Below are positions 15,021-32,356 of a stretch of 64,000 bases of DNA, piece by piece. A program made the translations under genes and the position numbers. Below the pieces are notes generated by a model. That model was not told where the DNA came from. It was given only the letters and a program-made list of their open reading frames with translations, and ran no database searches. Position 1 is the stretch's first letter, and every line of letters starts with the position of its first letter. The DNA is from the human T2T-CHM13v2.0 reference genome, Homo sapiens, in the NCBI RefSeq assembly GCF_009914755.1, contig NC_060940.1, one strand, 5' to 3'.

Positions 15021-15772
15021 TCAAAAAAAAAAAAAGAAGCATTTAGGTTGGGCGCAGTGGCTCACACTTGTAATCTCAACACTTTGGGAGGCCAAAGCAG
15101 GCAGATTGTTTGAGTCCAGGAGTTCAAGACCAGCCTGGCAACATGGTGAAACCCTGTTTCTACAAAAAAATCCAAAAGTTAACAGGGTAACGTGGTGCAT
15201 GCCTATAGTCCCAGCTGCTCAGGAGGCTGAGGTGGGAGGATCACTTGCAATCTGGAGGTCGAGATTGCAGTGAGACAAGATGGCGTTATTGCACTCCAGC
15301 CTGGTTAAAAAAAGAAGTATTTGTATCTCAGGTGGCGATCTTTATTCAGAAGCTAGAAGAGAATGTTGAGTTGCTTCGCTGATTTTCTTATCTTTCTCTA
15401 AGCAATTTCCTCATAACAAAAGTTTTAAGAATGTTTTTTATTAAGAGGAAAAACTGGGCTGAATGTACTGGCTCATGCCTGTGATCCCTGCACTTTGGGA
15501 GACCAAGGCAGGAGGATCAGTTAAGCTCAGGAGTTTGATACCAGCCTGAACAACATAGTGAGACCTTGTCTCTGTTAAAAAAAAAAAAAAAAAAGAAAGC
15601 CAGGCACGGTGGCTCATGCCTGTAATCCCAACACTTTGGGAGGCCAAGGCAGACAGATCACTTGAGGTCAGGAGTTCAAGACCAGCCTGGCCAACATGGT
15701 GAAACCTCATCTCTACTAAAAATACAAAAATTAGCCAGCACGATGGCGTGCACCTGTAATCCCAGCTACTTA

Positions 15773-15928
<156 letters not shown>

Positions 15929-16329
15929 TCAAATGTATTAATGATTAGTGTAACATTGGTTATCCTTTACATAGAACAAAAGCATCGAACTTTCATTGCT
16001 TTCCCATGTGTTTTACAGAGTCCTTTTTTTTTTTCTTTTTTTCTTCTTTTGGATTCTGGCATCTTTCATTTTTAAGATGGAGTCTTGCTATGTTGCCCAG
16101 ACTGGTCTCAAACTCCTGGGCTCAAGCATCCTCCCACCTTGGCCTCCCAAAGTGCTGGGATTACAGGCATGAGCCACTGTGCCCAGCCTCAATTCTGGCA
16201 TTTTCATTCATCTGTTTAAGCCCAGTGCAGAAAAACATTGTGGACGGAAGGGGAAAGTCTTTAGCGTAGTCACCAATGAATTGACCTTTGCCTAGGCTTA
16301 TAAGAGCTGCCTGTTTCAATTTGCCTTCA

Positions 16330-16733
<404 letters not shown>

Positions 16734-16913
16734 TTAATCTGTTTAGTGATTCAAGAATATGTAGCATATATTTGATACAACTTAAGCATTCTGAATGAAG
16801 TGGAATCTAGTAAGTCATGTAAGGAGACTTTCAGGTTGATCAGATATTTCCCATCAATGATATCATTAGGGTACATTGCATAATTTTTATATGGTCATTC
16901 TGAGTTTATTTAA

Positions 16914-17052
<139 letters not shown>

Positions 17053-17281
17053 TAGCTGGGATTACAGGCGCGCACCACCACACCTGGCTAATTTTTGTAT
17101 TCTTAGTAGAGATGGGGTTTCACCATGTTGGCCAGGCTGGTGTCGAACTCTTGACCTTGTGGTCCGCCCGCCTCGGCCTCCCAAAGTGCTGGTTATAGCT
17201 TTTGTCTCAAAAAAAAAATGAGCCTGGGAAAACAACCTGTGTAGTATATGGGTCAAACCCACTTGTACTTTTTTGTTTTAG

Positions 17282-17440
<159 letters not shown>

Positions 17441-18197
17441 TAAGTTGTTTGACATTAAAGGGAAATTTGTACTGTATGTCTTTGATCAAACTGCTATACC
17501 AGAAAGAAATCTCTTAAAAATGATATTGAGAGACATAGACTAACTGGAAGAAAATTACTGAAAGGCTACAGAGGTGAATGCAATTTAATTTAGCTTTGTG
17601 GATTTTCAGGGGAAATTTTAAAAGAAAAAAGTTGTGCTTATTTGCTTTAAGAATAAGGAGCGAGGAAAAGAAAAAAGGGAGAAAAGCTAAATTCAGCATA
17701 ACAAAGATATGTATGTGTGTATACAATATATAATTTGCATATATACACACTTTATAAAGTTTAGCTCGATTATGAAGACATACAAGGTAGAGGGAGAGGA
17801 AAAGGAACTTCTGGTTGGAGCAGTTCCTGAGAAGCAGGTATTTAATTTGTTTATGAATGTTACCCATTTTAAGAAAGTTAACAGCAAAGTACAGGGGCAT
17901 AGCTCAGCTACTTACATCACGTAATGTGGAAGAAACAATGGATTAGAAATCAGAACATGTGGCTACTGGTTTGGACTCTCCCATGTGCTTGCCAAGTGCC
18001 CTGGAGTTAGTTGCTTAATTCTGTGGGCTCACTTGCTTAACTGTGAAATGGGGCTAGTACTATTTTCTACCTCAGAGCAGGAGGCTTTAATAAGATAATG
18101 TGCATGAAAGAGTTCTACCAAAACAATTTGATTGTTACCAGTGATTTAAAATAATCTGGCATTTTAATTATATCAAGTGTTTGTTGTATTTGTCTAG

Positions 18198-18256
18198 GTC
18201 CTGCAAGTATAGGTTTACTTAGCCCAGGAATACTGGAATACTTGCTACAGTGTCTG
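18198..18256 (+). CDS. RSPRY1: RSPRY1 exon 6
   Basis: tctag|GT...CTG|gtaagt; 59 nt; GPASIGLLSPGILEYLLQCL. Confidence 0.95.
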
Positions 18257-20293
18257 GTAAGTGAGACATCAAAACTATTTATTCTTAGTCATCTAGAAGT
18301 GGGCATCATCTAGAACTGTGCATTTTCTCAAATTGCTGGCATAGCCACTGGCACAGAGAATGGAATCAATTGTAAATTTTATTTGCAGGTGTTTCCCGAG
18401 TGCTTATTTATTCCCTCCTATGTTTAAAAAAGAGAGTGGGATTGGAATTTATCCCAACCAGCAAAAACAGCTGAGTTAGTCTGGTTTTAAATTTAGTCAT
18501 AAGATAGCTGCTATGATTGGCTCTTTTGCATGTTCCTTGAGTTTGCCAAATGGTAATAGGGACCTCCACAGTAGAAACAATTACATGGCGTTCCAAGCCA
18601 GGAGGCCATCAAGTCAGATTCCCAGTATATATAAATCTCTACTCCTCCCTGCCCTCCCCCTCACTGCTACTCTTAAAACTGTTGTCACTGGAATATTTAA
18701 TATATTGTCTATGAAGCTTCTGGTTTGCTGAGGCTGTGCCCTCAGATCTCTCATAGTTCTGGCCTGTGGTCTTGAATGGTCTGTATTTTTAAAAGTTATT
18801 TTTGTAGGCCTAGTGAGCATTGGCCCTTTTCAAAACTCTGGTCTGAAAACCCTTATTTGTCAATACCCACTGATACGTGCTTAAAACACTTACCTTACTC
18901 TCAATGAGCACTCTGGGGATACAACATGGCAGTCCTATGATTTCAAGAGGTTTATTGGTTAGTTGAGGAAACAAAACTACTCAGACAAGGTAATTAGCCT
19001 CCATTTTATCACAGGATGTGATCATGGGAGAAAGTACTTCATCAAGACTAAATGAGGGCCGGGCACGGTGGCTCATGCCTATAAGCCCGGCATTTTGGGA
19101 GGCTGAGGTGGGCTGGTCACCTGAGGTCAGGAGTTCAAGACCAGCCTGGCCAACATGGCGAAACCTGGTCCCTACTAAAAATACAAAAATTAGCTGGGCA
19201 TGGTGGCATGTGTGTGTAGTCCCAGCTACTCAGGAGGCTGAGGCAGGAATTCACTTGAACCCAGAAGGCAGAGATTACAGTTAGCTGAGATCTCACCACT
19301 GCCCTCCAGCCTGGGCGACAGAGCGAGACTCCATCTCAAAAAAAAAAAAAGACTAAATGAGAAGGTGGGTGGTATGGGTAATGAGAGCCGGGGTGTCATG
19401 AAAGTCAGACTTCCTGATGAAGGTGGACCCTCAGCTGGGTCATGCTATAGATGAGGATTTTATTGTGCCCAGAGGAGGGAAAAAATTGGTTTCTTAGCTA
19501 AGGGAACATCACAGGCAGAAGTCCAGAGACAGAGAATTGTCTGATGAGAGAAGACAGTGTTCAGAGATAGGACACAGACTGAGTAGCCAGCTAGAAAGGG
19601 TTTAGGGCCTGAAAAGCCAGGCAGAGGGATTTAGATGGATATGAGAAGAAATAGAATGCTGAATAGGCTTTCCAGCAGCAGGGATGGTGGTTATGTGAGG
19701 TTTCCAGAACTTAGGAGGTACCAGGGAAGTCAGTGGGAATCATCTGATGTTCTGGAGCTCCTCTGGTGGCTCCCAATGTAGCAGTAGGGAAAGCACAGCT
19801 ATGAGAAGGTGTCATGTTCAACAGATAGACCTTTCCTTAAAGGGGAACTCATGTGACATGAGCTTAAATGTAACTAAAAGAGTTCACTTGTTGCTTTCTC
19901 CTGTCTACCATCAGCATTTGTAGAATTCCTTTCAGGGAACAGCTTAAAAACTGAGCCATTAATTGTTAATTTAATTATTTATAATTTTGCAACTTGTTAG
20001 TGATAAGTGGTTCTTTTTAGGATTCTAAGTAAAATATCATTTTTAGTTTATAATTCTAGGTTTCTGTTTGGCTTGCATAAATGAATGTGAGAATGAATAT
20101 TTTATTTAACAAAGCCCTAATGTAAGTTTTATTAAGTAAAATAACATAGTGTATTTAACAGGATACTTTTGAAATTTCCAAATCTATAAATTAACCTAGT
20201 GACTTTAAGAAAAAAATACAAGATTAAGAGAGCCTGTCCAGTTCATTACTAACATTATTAGCCAAATGGATAATTGAGAACTTGAATGAATGA

Positions 20294-20506
<213 letters not shown>

Positions 20507-20875
20507 TAATGATCTTCTGTATTGGTTGTTAAAAATTTTATTTTTCTTAGTTACTGGATAAGCCTACACTTTGAACCCCATCAGATGGGCATACATTCTG
20601 TTTTCATCTGGATAGACACGTTAAAGCCAATGAAGTATAACAGGGACAAAGGCAAGGATTTTCTCACCTAAGAATCAAAACTTGGTAACCATGTTTACTC
20701 ACTTTTTATAGCCAAAAATTTAGTGATGTGATTGCTAGTTTCTAGAAAAAAGTATGGTGGCTCTTGCCCATAATCCCAGCACTTTGGGAAGCTAAGGCCA
20801 GAGCATTGCTTCAGGCCAGGAATTCGAGACCAGGGTGGGCAGCATAGCAAGACTCAATCTCTACAAAAAATTTTA

Positions 20876-21028
<153 letters not shown>

Positions 21029-21101
21029 CTAAAAAAAAGGAAAAGAAAATAGTCAAAGCTCTTTGGCTATGTTTTCCCTAGAAATTTTAATTGAAGTCTA
21101 A

Positions 21102-21434
<333 letters not shown>

Positions 21435-21840
21435 TAAGTATGAGTCCTCATAAGGACCTCTACTGGCAGGTTGGATATATTCTAGCAGAAAAGTATCCTA
21501 GAGACCCTTTAGACAAGAATTACATGGTATGCTTCTAATTTCAGCATTTTCCTGTTCAAAAACCTTTACTGGCACCCAGTTTCCTGCTGCATCAAAGCCC
21601 TTAATTATATGGCACTGTCTAACCAGCTCTTTCCAACACAAATCATCCCACTGTCCTACAAACAGGTCCTGATGATTCCTACCTCTGGACCTATTCCCCT
21701 CACTTGGAATTCCCTCTTTACTTCTCTCCCTTTCCCAACTTTGCTCTTCAAAACCCAAGTCATGTCTTACCTACATCATGAGAATTGTTCCTGATTTTTC
21801 TCTTTTCCTCCTCCAAGGGCTGCTGGGACAAAAACTACTA

Positions 21841-22071
21841 TAGGTTGAGTTTCTCTTTTAGGTAGAATTTATCTGAAATGCTTGGGACTGAAAGTATTTC
21901 AGATTTCACATTTTTTCAGATTTTGGAGTATTTGCAGATACCAGGTTAAGCATCCTTAATCAAAAAATCTGAAATCCTCCATTGAGCATTTCCTTTGAGC
22001 CTCATGTCTGCACTCAAAAAGTATTGGATTTTGGAGCATTTTGGATTTTCAGATTAAGAGTGATCAACCTG
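21841..22071. mobile_element. Tigger4-type (TcMar) MITE
   Basis: Terminal inverted repeats (t)aggttgag...tcaacctg flanked by TA; internal tatctgaaatgcttggga...ttttggattttcagatta. Confidence 0.75.
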
Positions 22072-22476
22072 TATACTTCTGTACCCTCACTCCCCCATCC
22101 ATGGTTAATACTACGCTAAAGCATAACTGGACATGTAAATCCACCCCCACTGTTACCCCAATATTGTGGGGAGGAGCTTCATGCACAGCCTGTGAAGTGC
22201 CAGTTAAAGAATAATTCTGAAAGAGTGCAATTTGGATTTTGTTCATACAAAATTATATTCTAGGGAATGGAAGCATAAATCTAGCAGTGCTGCCTTTCCT
22301 AGCATTTGTTTGATTGATCTTCAAATGGCAGTGCAGCAGGAAACCTCTGGCTATGTCTCCTCACCTATTCTGCCATTTACGAGCATCTCTACTCCTTGAC
22401 TAGGGTAGCACTAACTTATTTGTTTGTTTATTTTTAATGTATGAAAAATCAGTGTGTTTTACCTTCCAGGGGGATT

Positions 22477-24655
22477 ATTTTTAATGGATATATAGTAATA
22501 CATATTTTTGGAGCACATGAGATATTTTGATACAGTCATACAATGAGTAATTACCACATCAGAGTAAATGGGATATCTGTCCCCTCAAGCATTTATCATT
22601 TATTTGTGTTAGAAACATTCCAATTATACTCTTTTGGTGTTTTAAAATTTCTTTGTTTTGCACTTTTCTTTTAGTTATTTTTAAATATACTATAAATTAT
22701 TGTTGACTGTAGTCACCCTGTTATGCTGTCAAATACTAGGTGTTCTTCATTCTATCTAGCTATATTCCCATTAACCAACCCCATTTCTCCCCCACCCCCA
22801 CTACCCTTCCCAGCCTCTGGTAACCATCCTTCTATTTTCTATCTTCATGAGTTCAGTTGTTTTTAGCTCCCACAAAAATTAGTGAGAACACACGAAGTTT
22901 GTCTTTCTGTGCCTGACTTATTTCACTTAACATCATATCCTACAGTTCCATCCATGTTATTGTAAATGACAGGATCTCATTCTTTTTTGTGGCTGAACAG
23001 TACTCCATTTTGTATATGTGCCACATTTTCTTTATTCATTTGTCTCTCGATGGACACTTAGGTTGATTCCAAATCTTGGCTATTGTGAATAATGCTGCAA
23101 TAAACATGCGATTGCAGATATTTCTTTGACATACTAATTTCCTTTCTTTTTGGTGTATACCTAGCAGCAGAATTGCCGGATCATATGGTAGTTCTGTTTT
23201 TAGTGTTTTGAGGAACCTCCATACTGTTCTCCATAGTGGCCATACTAATTTGCATTCCTACTACCAGTGTACAAGGGTTACCTTTTCTCCATATCCTCAC
23301 CAGCATTCATTGTTGCCTGTTTTTTAGATAAATGCCATTTTTACTGGGGTGAGATGATAGCTCATTGTAGTTTTGATTTGGATTTCTCTGATGATCAATA
23401 ATGTTGAGTACCTTTTCATATATCTGTTTGCCATTTGTATGTCTTCCTTTGAGAAATGTCTATTCGGATGTTTTGCCCACTTTTTAATCAGATTATTGAA
23501 TGTTTTCCTATTGACTTATATGACCTCCTTATATATTCTGGTTATTAATCCTTTGTCGAATGGATAGTTTGCAAATAGTTTCTCCCATTCTGTGGGATGT
23601 CTCTTTACTTCGTTGATCATTTCCTTTGCTGTAAGAAACTTTTTAGCTTAATATGATCCCATTTGTCCATTTTTGCTTTGGTGCCTGTGCTTTTGGGGTA
23701 TTCAAGAAATCTTTGCCCAGATCAGTGTCCTGGAGAGTTTCCCCAATGTTTTATTTTAGTAGCTTCATAGTTTGAGGTCTTAGATTTAAATCTTTAATCC
23801 ATTTTTATTTGATTTTTGTAGGCAATGAGAGATAGGGGTCTAGTTTTATTCTTTTGCTTATGGATATGTAGTTTTTCCAGCACCATTTATTGAAGACACT
23901 GTCCTTTCCCCCAATGTATGTTCTTGGCACCTTTGTTGAAAATGAGTTCACTGTAGATGTATGGATTTCTGGATTCTCTCTTCTGTTCCATTGGTCCATG
24001 TGTCTGTTTTTATGCCAGTACCATGCAGTTTTGGTTCCTATGACTCCATAGTATAATTTGAAGTCAAGTAATGTGATTCCTCCAGTTTCGTTTTCTTGCT
24101 GAGGGTCAGGTTTTTTGCTATTCTGGGTCTTTTGTAGTTCTGTATAAATTTTAGGATTATTTTTTACTATTTCTGTGAAGAATGTCATTGGTATTTTGAT
24201 AGGGATTGCATGTAATCTGTAGATTGCTTTGAGTAGTATGGACATTTTAACAATATTGAGTCTTCCAATCCATGACCATGGTATATCTTTGTGTCCTCTT
24301 TGATTTCTTGCATTAGTGTTTTATAGTTTTCATTGTAGAGATCTTTCACTTCTTTGATTAAGTTATTCCTAGGTATCTTATTTTATTTATAGCTTTTGTA
24401 AATACAATTACTTTCTTGATTTCTTCTTCAGATTGTTTGCTATTGGCATATAGAAATGCTATTGATTTTTGTCTGTTAATTTTATATCCTGCAACTTTAC
24501 TGAATTTGCTTTTTAGTTCTAATAGTTTTTGGCAGATTTTTTTAGGTTTTCCTAAATATAAGATCATATTATCCACAAACATGGATAATTTGACTTCTTC
24601 CTTTCCATTTTGGATGCCCTTTATTTCTTCCTCTTGTCTGATTGCTGTAGCTGGC
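22477..24655 (-). mobile_element. 5'-truncated L1 (L1MA-type), 3' ORF2 and 3'UTR
   Basis: Minus-strand ORFs 23805-24245 (AIPIKIPMTFF, KTAWYWHKNRH, FNKWCWKN) and 24358-24657 ([15 protein letters not shown]) are L1 ORF2p fragments with frameshifts; L1 3'UTR lies to the left. Confidence 0.92.
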
Positions 24656-24660
24656 ACTAG

Positions 24661-24870
<210 letters not shown>

Positions 24871-25237
24871 TGAGAGGGTAATTATTTTAATCCTTGCATA
24901 GCCAGTTGTCTTAGGGCTGGTGCTTCCCACTCTCCCTGTATTTTGGAAATGTTGCTGACTTCAGGGGGAAGTCTCAAAGAGCTGCTTATGAACAGAAGGT
25001 ACCATAAGGCACTAGATGTGTCAGGATTAAAGAACTGTTTGAAGAATGGCTGCAAACAATTCTTTGATTCTGTATGTTGCCAAATGCCTTATGTAGTTTG
25101 GTTTTGTACTTTTTGTCACTGAGGATGGACAGAGGAGGAAGCAATAGTCCACCAGAAGTTTTAATAAGGAAAAATACACTCAACCTTCCCAGTAGTCAGT
25201 TATCTTTGGTGGTCTTCAGGCCCTCATAGTTGATTGA

Positions 25238-25504
<267 letters not shown>

Positions 25505-27557
25505 TAATCTTTTCTTGGGCAGAGCCACATGGTACCAGGTCCCTAACAATGATCTACTAAACTGATAGAGAAATAGGAAAACAAGTGAAATTGCCCCTCG
25601 GCCTTTTCTTTTTCTTGAATCTTAAGTTCACGCTAATTTTTCACCTAGAGGCTGGATGTGTCCTTTGTCTTTGTAGGCTCTGCTTCCACCCCAGCCACGT
25701 ACTTGGCTCATTTCTTATACAGGAAGTAGTGCTGATTATTACCTTGAGTTGAAGCTCTTAAGAGCTTTGTAGGGATTCTTTTCCTTTCAAAAAATAGAGT
25801 GTTGGCTTGACTTCTTTCACTTGACTTTTACCTAGTAATTAGTTGGCATATTTTTCTCAATATTTAGTTATTTATCTTTTGTTATAGAAAGCTATAATAT
25901 AAAAGGGAAACAAATCCTAGAGTAAGTAGCATTGAAGGTGTTGGAGTTCCTCCCTTTCCTACAGATGTATGATTTCTTGCCACTTTATACCCTTCTAACA
26001 CCCAGGCCAATTGGCTTTCTTCTGATGATCAAATTATAAGCTGTTTGGAATTAATCCAGTTTTGATCAGGAATATTTTGTTTTCATATGGTTTCTACCAT
26101 TTGAGGTGGGAAAAGCCCCTTGGATTATTTTGTTAATCTAAATAATAGCCCCCCCCTCCAATATGTAAGATCCTGGAATGGGTTTTAGAAGTGATCCAAC
26201 AAAATCAAGCTAAACTTGCCGGCCATAAGTATGGTGAGGTTTTCTGATTTTCTGCTTTGCTTTTAGAGACAGGTCTCACTGTGTTGCTCAGGCTGGCCTC
26301 AAACTCCTGGGCTCAAGCCATCCTCTTACCTCAGCCTCCTGAATAGCTGAGACTACAGGCACATCCCATGGTGACCTACTTATAAGCATAATTTTTAAAG
26401 GCCTATTTCAGCAAGGCTGTATTTCACCCTGGAATTGTTGATGGTGTATTATTAAAACTCCTAGGCTGGAGAGAGACAAATTGGAGGAAAAGGGCCAGTG
26501 GAGAGGTCAAGTCTGTACTCCTGTCTGGGGTGGAGAACTAGACCCCAGTCTGCCAATCATCTGATTCCCACAATAGCTTTTACTGTTACAATTTCCATTT
26601 CACAGATGAGAAAACTGAGACAGAGTAGGAAGAAACTCATACCAGAATTCAGTGGCCTTCCTATTCTACAACAGTTGTTTTCTTTGTATTCAAAAATGGG
26701 GAAAATCTCAGAGAATTAGCTAGTTTCCTCATTTGGAAGTGAAAAATTGTTCTAGAACTAGAAGTAATAGGGGATTCTTCCAGGGAGGAAGCTTCGATAT
26801 AAAACTTGTCTCTCCTGATTTGGCAGCAAACACACTACAGATCTAGGTCTGGCACTGAATGTTACAAATGTGTTTTTTTAATGACCAGTGAAGCTGGATC
26901 ATTTCATCTGCTCGATGAAATTATAACTTTTGCCATGTAGTTGCAGACCTTTGGCTTGTCAAGTTAAAGACTTAAATACTGTTTTTTTATCCTCCAGATC
27001 ACTTGACAGGCTGTTGGTTTCTTTAAAAACAAACATTCTTCCCTGATCCAAGCATTAGGTGATTCCCTATTAGAAATTGATAAAGTCTGATACGATGTCT
27101 TTTCCCAAATACAGGATTTTAATGATGTTGCCATATTTAAAACTTTGCTTTAAATGTACATTGTTCTGGTGATTCTGAATCTTTTTGCCTATTCAGACAG
27201 GGTGTGATTCTATGGAGTAAGTCATTCCTAGGATACACCCAGTTTCAAAAGATTCTAAGTCTCTGCATAGTGCCTCTTACTTGAATTCTTGCTGCTTAGG
27301 TTTCCATTTTAAAAGGCTGGCCACTGGGCTCAATGTTAGGTCATTAAAATAAGCTTAAGGATAGTTCTGTTCAGGTAACCTACAGAACAGTTTGTCTTGT
27401 TGTATTGTATATTTTTATGGAGGCTTAGGAGGAGCAACTCTCCAAGGGTGTACTCTGATTTATCTAAAATATCTTTTGCCTTTTGGCCAGGCGCAGTGGC
27501 TCACACCTGTAATCCCAGCACTTTGGGAGGCTGAGGTGGGTGGATCACTTAAGGTCA

Positions 27558-27901
<344 letters not shown>

Positions 27902-29757
27902 TCAAGTTGAGAGAAATTAAGAAACTTCCCCAAAGCCATGTAGTCTCCAGCTGCTAGAGATTTCAGGCCAGGATAGCCCATGCTCCTTCCCCTGTTGAAG
28001 CATCTGCCTTCGAGAAAATGACTCTGGCTATCTCAGACAGAAAAGGAATGATTTAGCAGCCTTTCCGGAGCCTCCAGATTATGGAGAAGTTTTGGAACTA
28101 GACAGGCTCCAAGGCTGTCAGGGCCAAGAAACAGGAAGTACAATAGCTGGTGTTTTAGGGAAACGATCTGGCCAGCATGCAGTCACCATTGCTGCTGGAA
28201 ATCCATCCTAACTATCCCTCTGTTTGGGGTCACTTGCACCATACTGAGTGTTTGATGGGAAGGTCCAGCTGGCCAAGCCTAGGTCATATCTTACCTTTCC
28301 ACTTCCAAAGGAGGAGGCAGAACACTGTCTTCATACATTTCCCTTAACAGGAAACGGTTGGGATGCCCTACAGCAGGAAAAAGGAGAGTGTCCACCACGT
28401 GGGAAAGAGACTCAAACTATTCCCTGAATGACAAGCTGTGGATAAACTTTCTTTTGTTTGTATTTGGTAATGTTTCCATTGCTAAAATATGCATGACCAA
28501 AAAACAGGTAGTTCAAGATAAATACCAAGCTAACCACTCTATTCTCTCATTTATCTGTCCTAGCCAATGGAAACCAAAATTAATCCTGCTGGGAACATTT
28601 TGAGCTGAGAGAGGGTGTAGGACATCTAGGTTGTTCTCTGAGATGTAAGCTTAAGAGATTTTTAAAGTGCATCTCTGCTAGGCAGAGGCATCTTCTCCTT
28701 AAATCTGTAGATGCTGCTCTGTAGTTAAAGTTATTAGAGTTCCTTCTTTGTGCTACAGTGCCACTCTGTTGTGGAACTTATCCAGTCATCAAAGACATTG
28801 CATGGTAAAGAATGTGTAATGAGTCTGCTCTTTACCAACTCATGGTGGCTAGCTTCTAGGAATTTCTTTCAAGTGTTCTGTCAAGGACTTCTCAGGACAT
28901 TAGAAGGTGAAGATAGAAAAGAATTGCTTGCCTTTTACTTATGCCACAATGCCTACATTTTAGTGGTTTTTAAGTTTTTTACTTACTGACTTGTTCAGCG
29001 TTTGAAAGGGGTGGCAAGGCATTCTTTCTAGCAAGTAGTGAATTTCTTTTGTTTTGTTTTGTTTTGAGACAGAGTCTCGCTCTGTCACCCAGGCCAGGGT
29101 GCAGTGGCACGTGATCTCTGCTCACTGCAACCTCTGCCTCCCAGGTTCAGGCGATTCTTGTGCCTCAGCCACCAGAGTAACTGGGATTATAGGTGTGCGC
29201 CACCACACCTGGATAATTTTTGTATTTTTAGTAGAGACAGGGTTTTGCCATGTTGGCCAGGCTGGTCTCAAATGCCTGGCCTCAAGTGATCTGCCCCCCA
29301 AAGTGCTGAAATTACAGGCATGAGCCACTGCTCTTGGCAGCCTTGGGTGGTGAATTTCTAAGGCAATTAGATGCAAGCTCATTTAACTCTTGAGTAGTCT
29401 GAATAGTGAATATCAATAGCTATTTCAGAAGAGTCACTTTGGAGAGCGTTCCTCCAAATTCAGTATGTTGTAATCCAAAAATCCAGTACAAAATCATTGT
29501 TGCATTCATCAGAACTTTTTTTCCAATCTCTCTCCTCACTGTATTGTTTGCCCCATAGAAGAAGCAGGCCATCAGGACCTGATCTTACTTGGATTTGGCC
29601 ATTTTCAATTTCTTTCTCTAGTAAAACTTTTCACCATTGTTCCTTAAAGATAGCAGTTGTCTGATTTGCATGCTGCTTCTATTTTTTATAAGCACTCAAA
29701 ATAATTTCTTAAGATCTCAGCCACCCTTTTATTTTAACAGTTCTGTGAAATAATTGA

Positions 29758-29850
<93 letters not shown>

Positions 29851-29859
29851 TGAGGTCTA

Positions 29860-30065
<206 letters not shown>

Positions 30066-30249
30066 TCAAAGAAAAAAAAAGAAGAAACTGCCAAGGACCT
30101 GTACAATCCTCAAATCAAGCTGATTTCAGAATAGCTTTTAGCTGAGTGTCCACTATAACCTTTCTCTTATCTCCAGTTTTGAAATCTCTGAATATTTGGG
30201 TATTTTGAAGTCTGCTACATGCAAGAAAGGTATTTGCCTGATCTGATCT

Positions 30250-30890
30250 TGTTACTGGAAAGGGTCTGGATCCAGATCCCAAGAGAGGGTTTTTGGACCT
30301 CGCGCAAGAAAGAATTTGGGGCGAATCCATAGAATAAAGTGTTTTCACAAGTTTATTAAAGAAACAGAAGAATGGCTACTCTATAGGCAGAGCAGTGGCG
30401 TGGGCTGCTCAACTGAGTATACTTAGTTATTTCTCGATTATATGCTAAACAGGGATGGATTATTCATGAGTTTTCTGGGAAAGGGACAGGCAATTCCTGG
30501 AACCAAGGGTTCCTCTCCTTTTTAGACTATATAGGGTAACTTCCAAACTGCCATGACATTGTAAAGTGTCATGGCACCTGTTAGAGTGTCTTTTAGCATG
30601 CTAATGCATTATAATTAGCATATAATGAACAGTGAAGATGACCAGAGGTCACTTTTGTTGCCATCTTGGTTTTGGTGGGTTTTGGCCAGCTTCTGGCTGG
30701 CTTCTTTATTGCATCCTGTTTTATCAGCAGGGTCTTTGTGACCTGTATCTTGTGCTGACCTCCTGTCTCATCCTGTGACTAAGAATGCCTAACCTCTTGG
30801 GAATGCAGCTGAGCAGCCCAGCAAGTCTAAGCCTCATTTTACCCTGCCCCTATTCAAGATGGAGTCTCTCTGGTTTGAATGCCTCTGACA
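30250..30890 (-). mobile_element. MER41 (MER41B-like) solo LTR
   Basis: Minus strand starts TGTCAGAGGCATTCAAACCAGAGAGACTCCATCTTGAATAGGGGC (MER41 5' end) and ends GTAACA; 641 bp; 4-bp TSD ATCT at 30246-30249 and 30891-30894. Confidence 0.88.
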
Positions 30891-31246
30891 ATCTTGTGCT
30901 GATATACAAGTGTACTGACTGATCTTGGAATCAGAAGAATTTAGGTTCAAACCTGGCTCTGTTTCTTGGGCAAGTAATATATGCTTGGGCAAGCTGGTTG
31001 ACCTCTTTGAGCCTTTGTTTCCTCTTAAAATGGAGTCTGATGCCACCAGCCTCATGATAATGTTAGTGAGAATTAAATGAACTAACAAATGTGAAAGTGC
31101 CTGAACAAAGGAGGCACTGGGAAAATATTTGTTGGTGAAGTCATTATCTATTCACTTGGAACCAGCCCTCTAAGTCATAATTTTAGTATTTTCAAAAAAC
31201 CATGAGCTCTCTCATCATCCAGAAAGCTTAGAATCCCAGCCATTAG

Positions 31247-31531
<285 letters not shown>

Positions 31532-32101
31532 TAGGAGAAGATCAAATGTGAAAAGGGATATTAACTTTTGTGTCACTGCCAAGGATATAAATGGTATTCC
31601 TCTGATAAATTTACCTCTGGTGGAGTTCTTCCTGTAGCAAAAACATTTCAGAAAATAAATTTTTTACATTTGTCAGAAAATGATACTCAAGATTAGTATG
31701 AATTCTATTTTCCTCTTTGGATCTGTTTTGAATTAAAGCAGCCATGGCAATATCAGGGACACTGGAATTGTAATGCCACTAAAATGAGGATTTTTCAGGG
31801 ACAAGATGGCTATGGAACAGGTCCTATCCAGTGGCCACGCTCTAAGGAAGTAGGGTCATATGGTAGAGGATATAACCTCTGGAAGGATTTGATTCCTAGC
31901 ATCAGAGCTAGATAGAGGATATAACCCAACTCTTTCTCCAAGCATCCCTCTCTCATTTTGCTACCCCAATCAGCATTATGGATATAAACTGAATTTTTAG
32001 GCATGCTAAGAAAGCAGAAATTTAGGCTGAGGCAGGTGGATTGCTTGAAGTCAGGAGTTCAAGACCAGCCTGGCCAACATGGTGAAACCTCATCTCTACT
32101 A

Positions 32102-32356
<255 letters not shown>

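Noticed and set aside
23805-24657. Reverse-transcriptase-like ORFs
   Set aside because: Frameshifted, 5'-truncated L1 ORF2 relic, not an active element or novel RT system.
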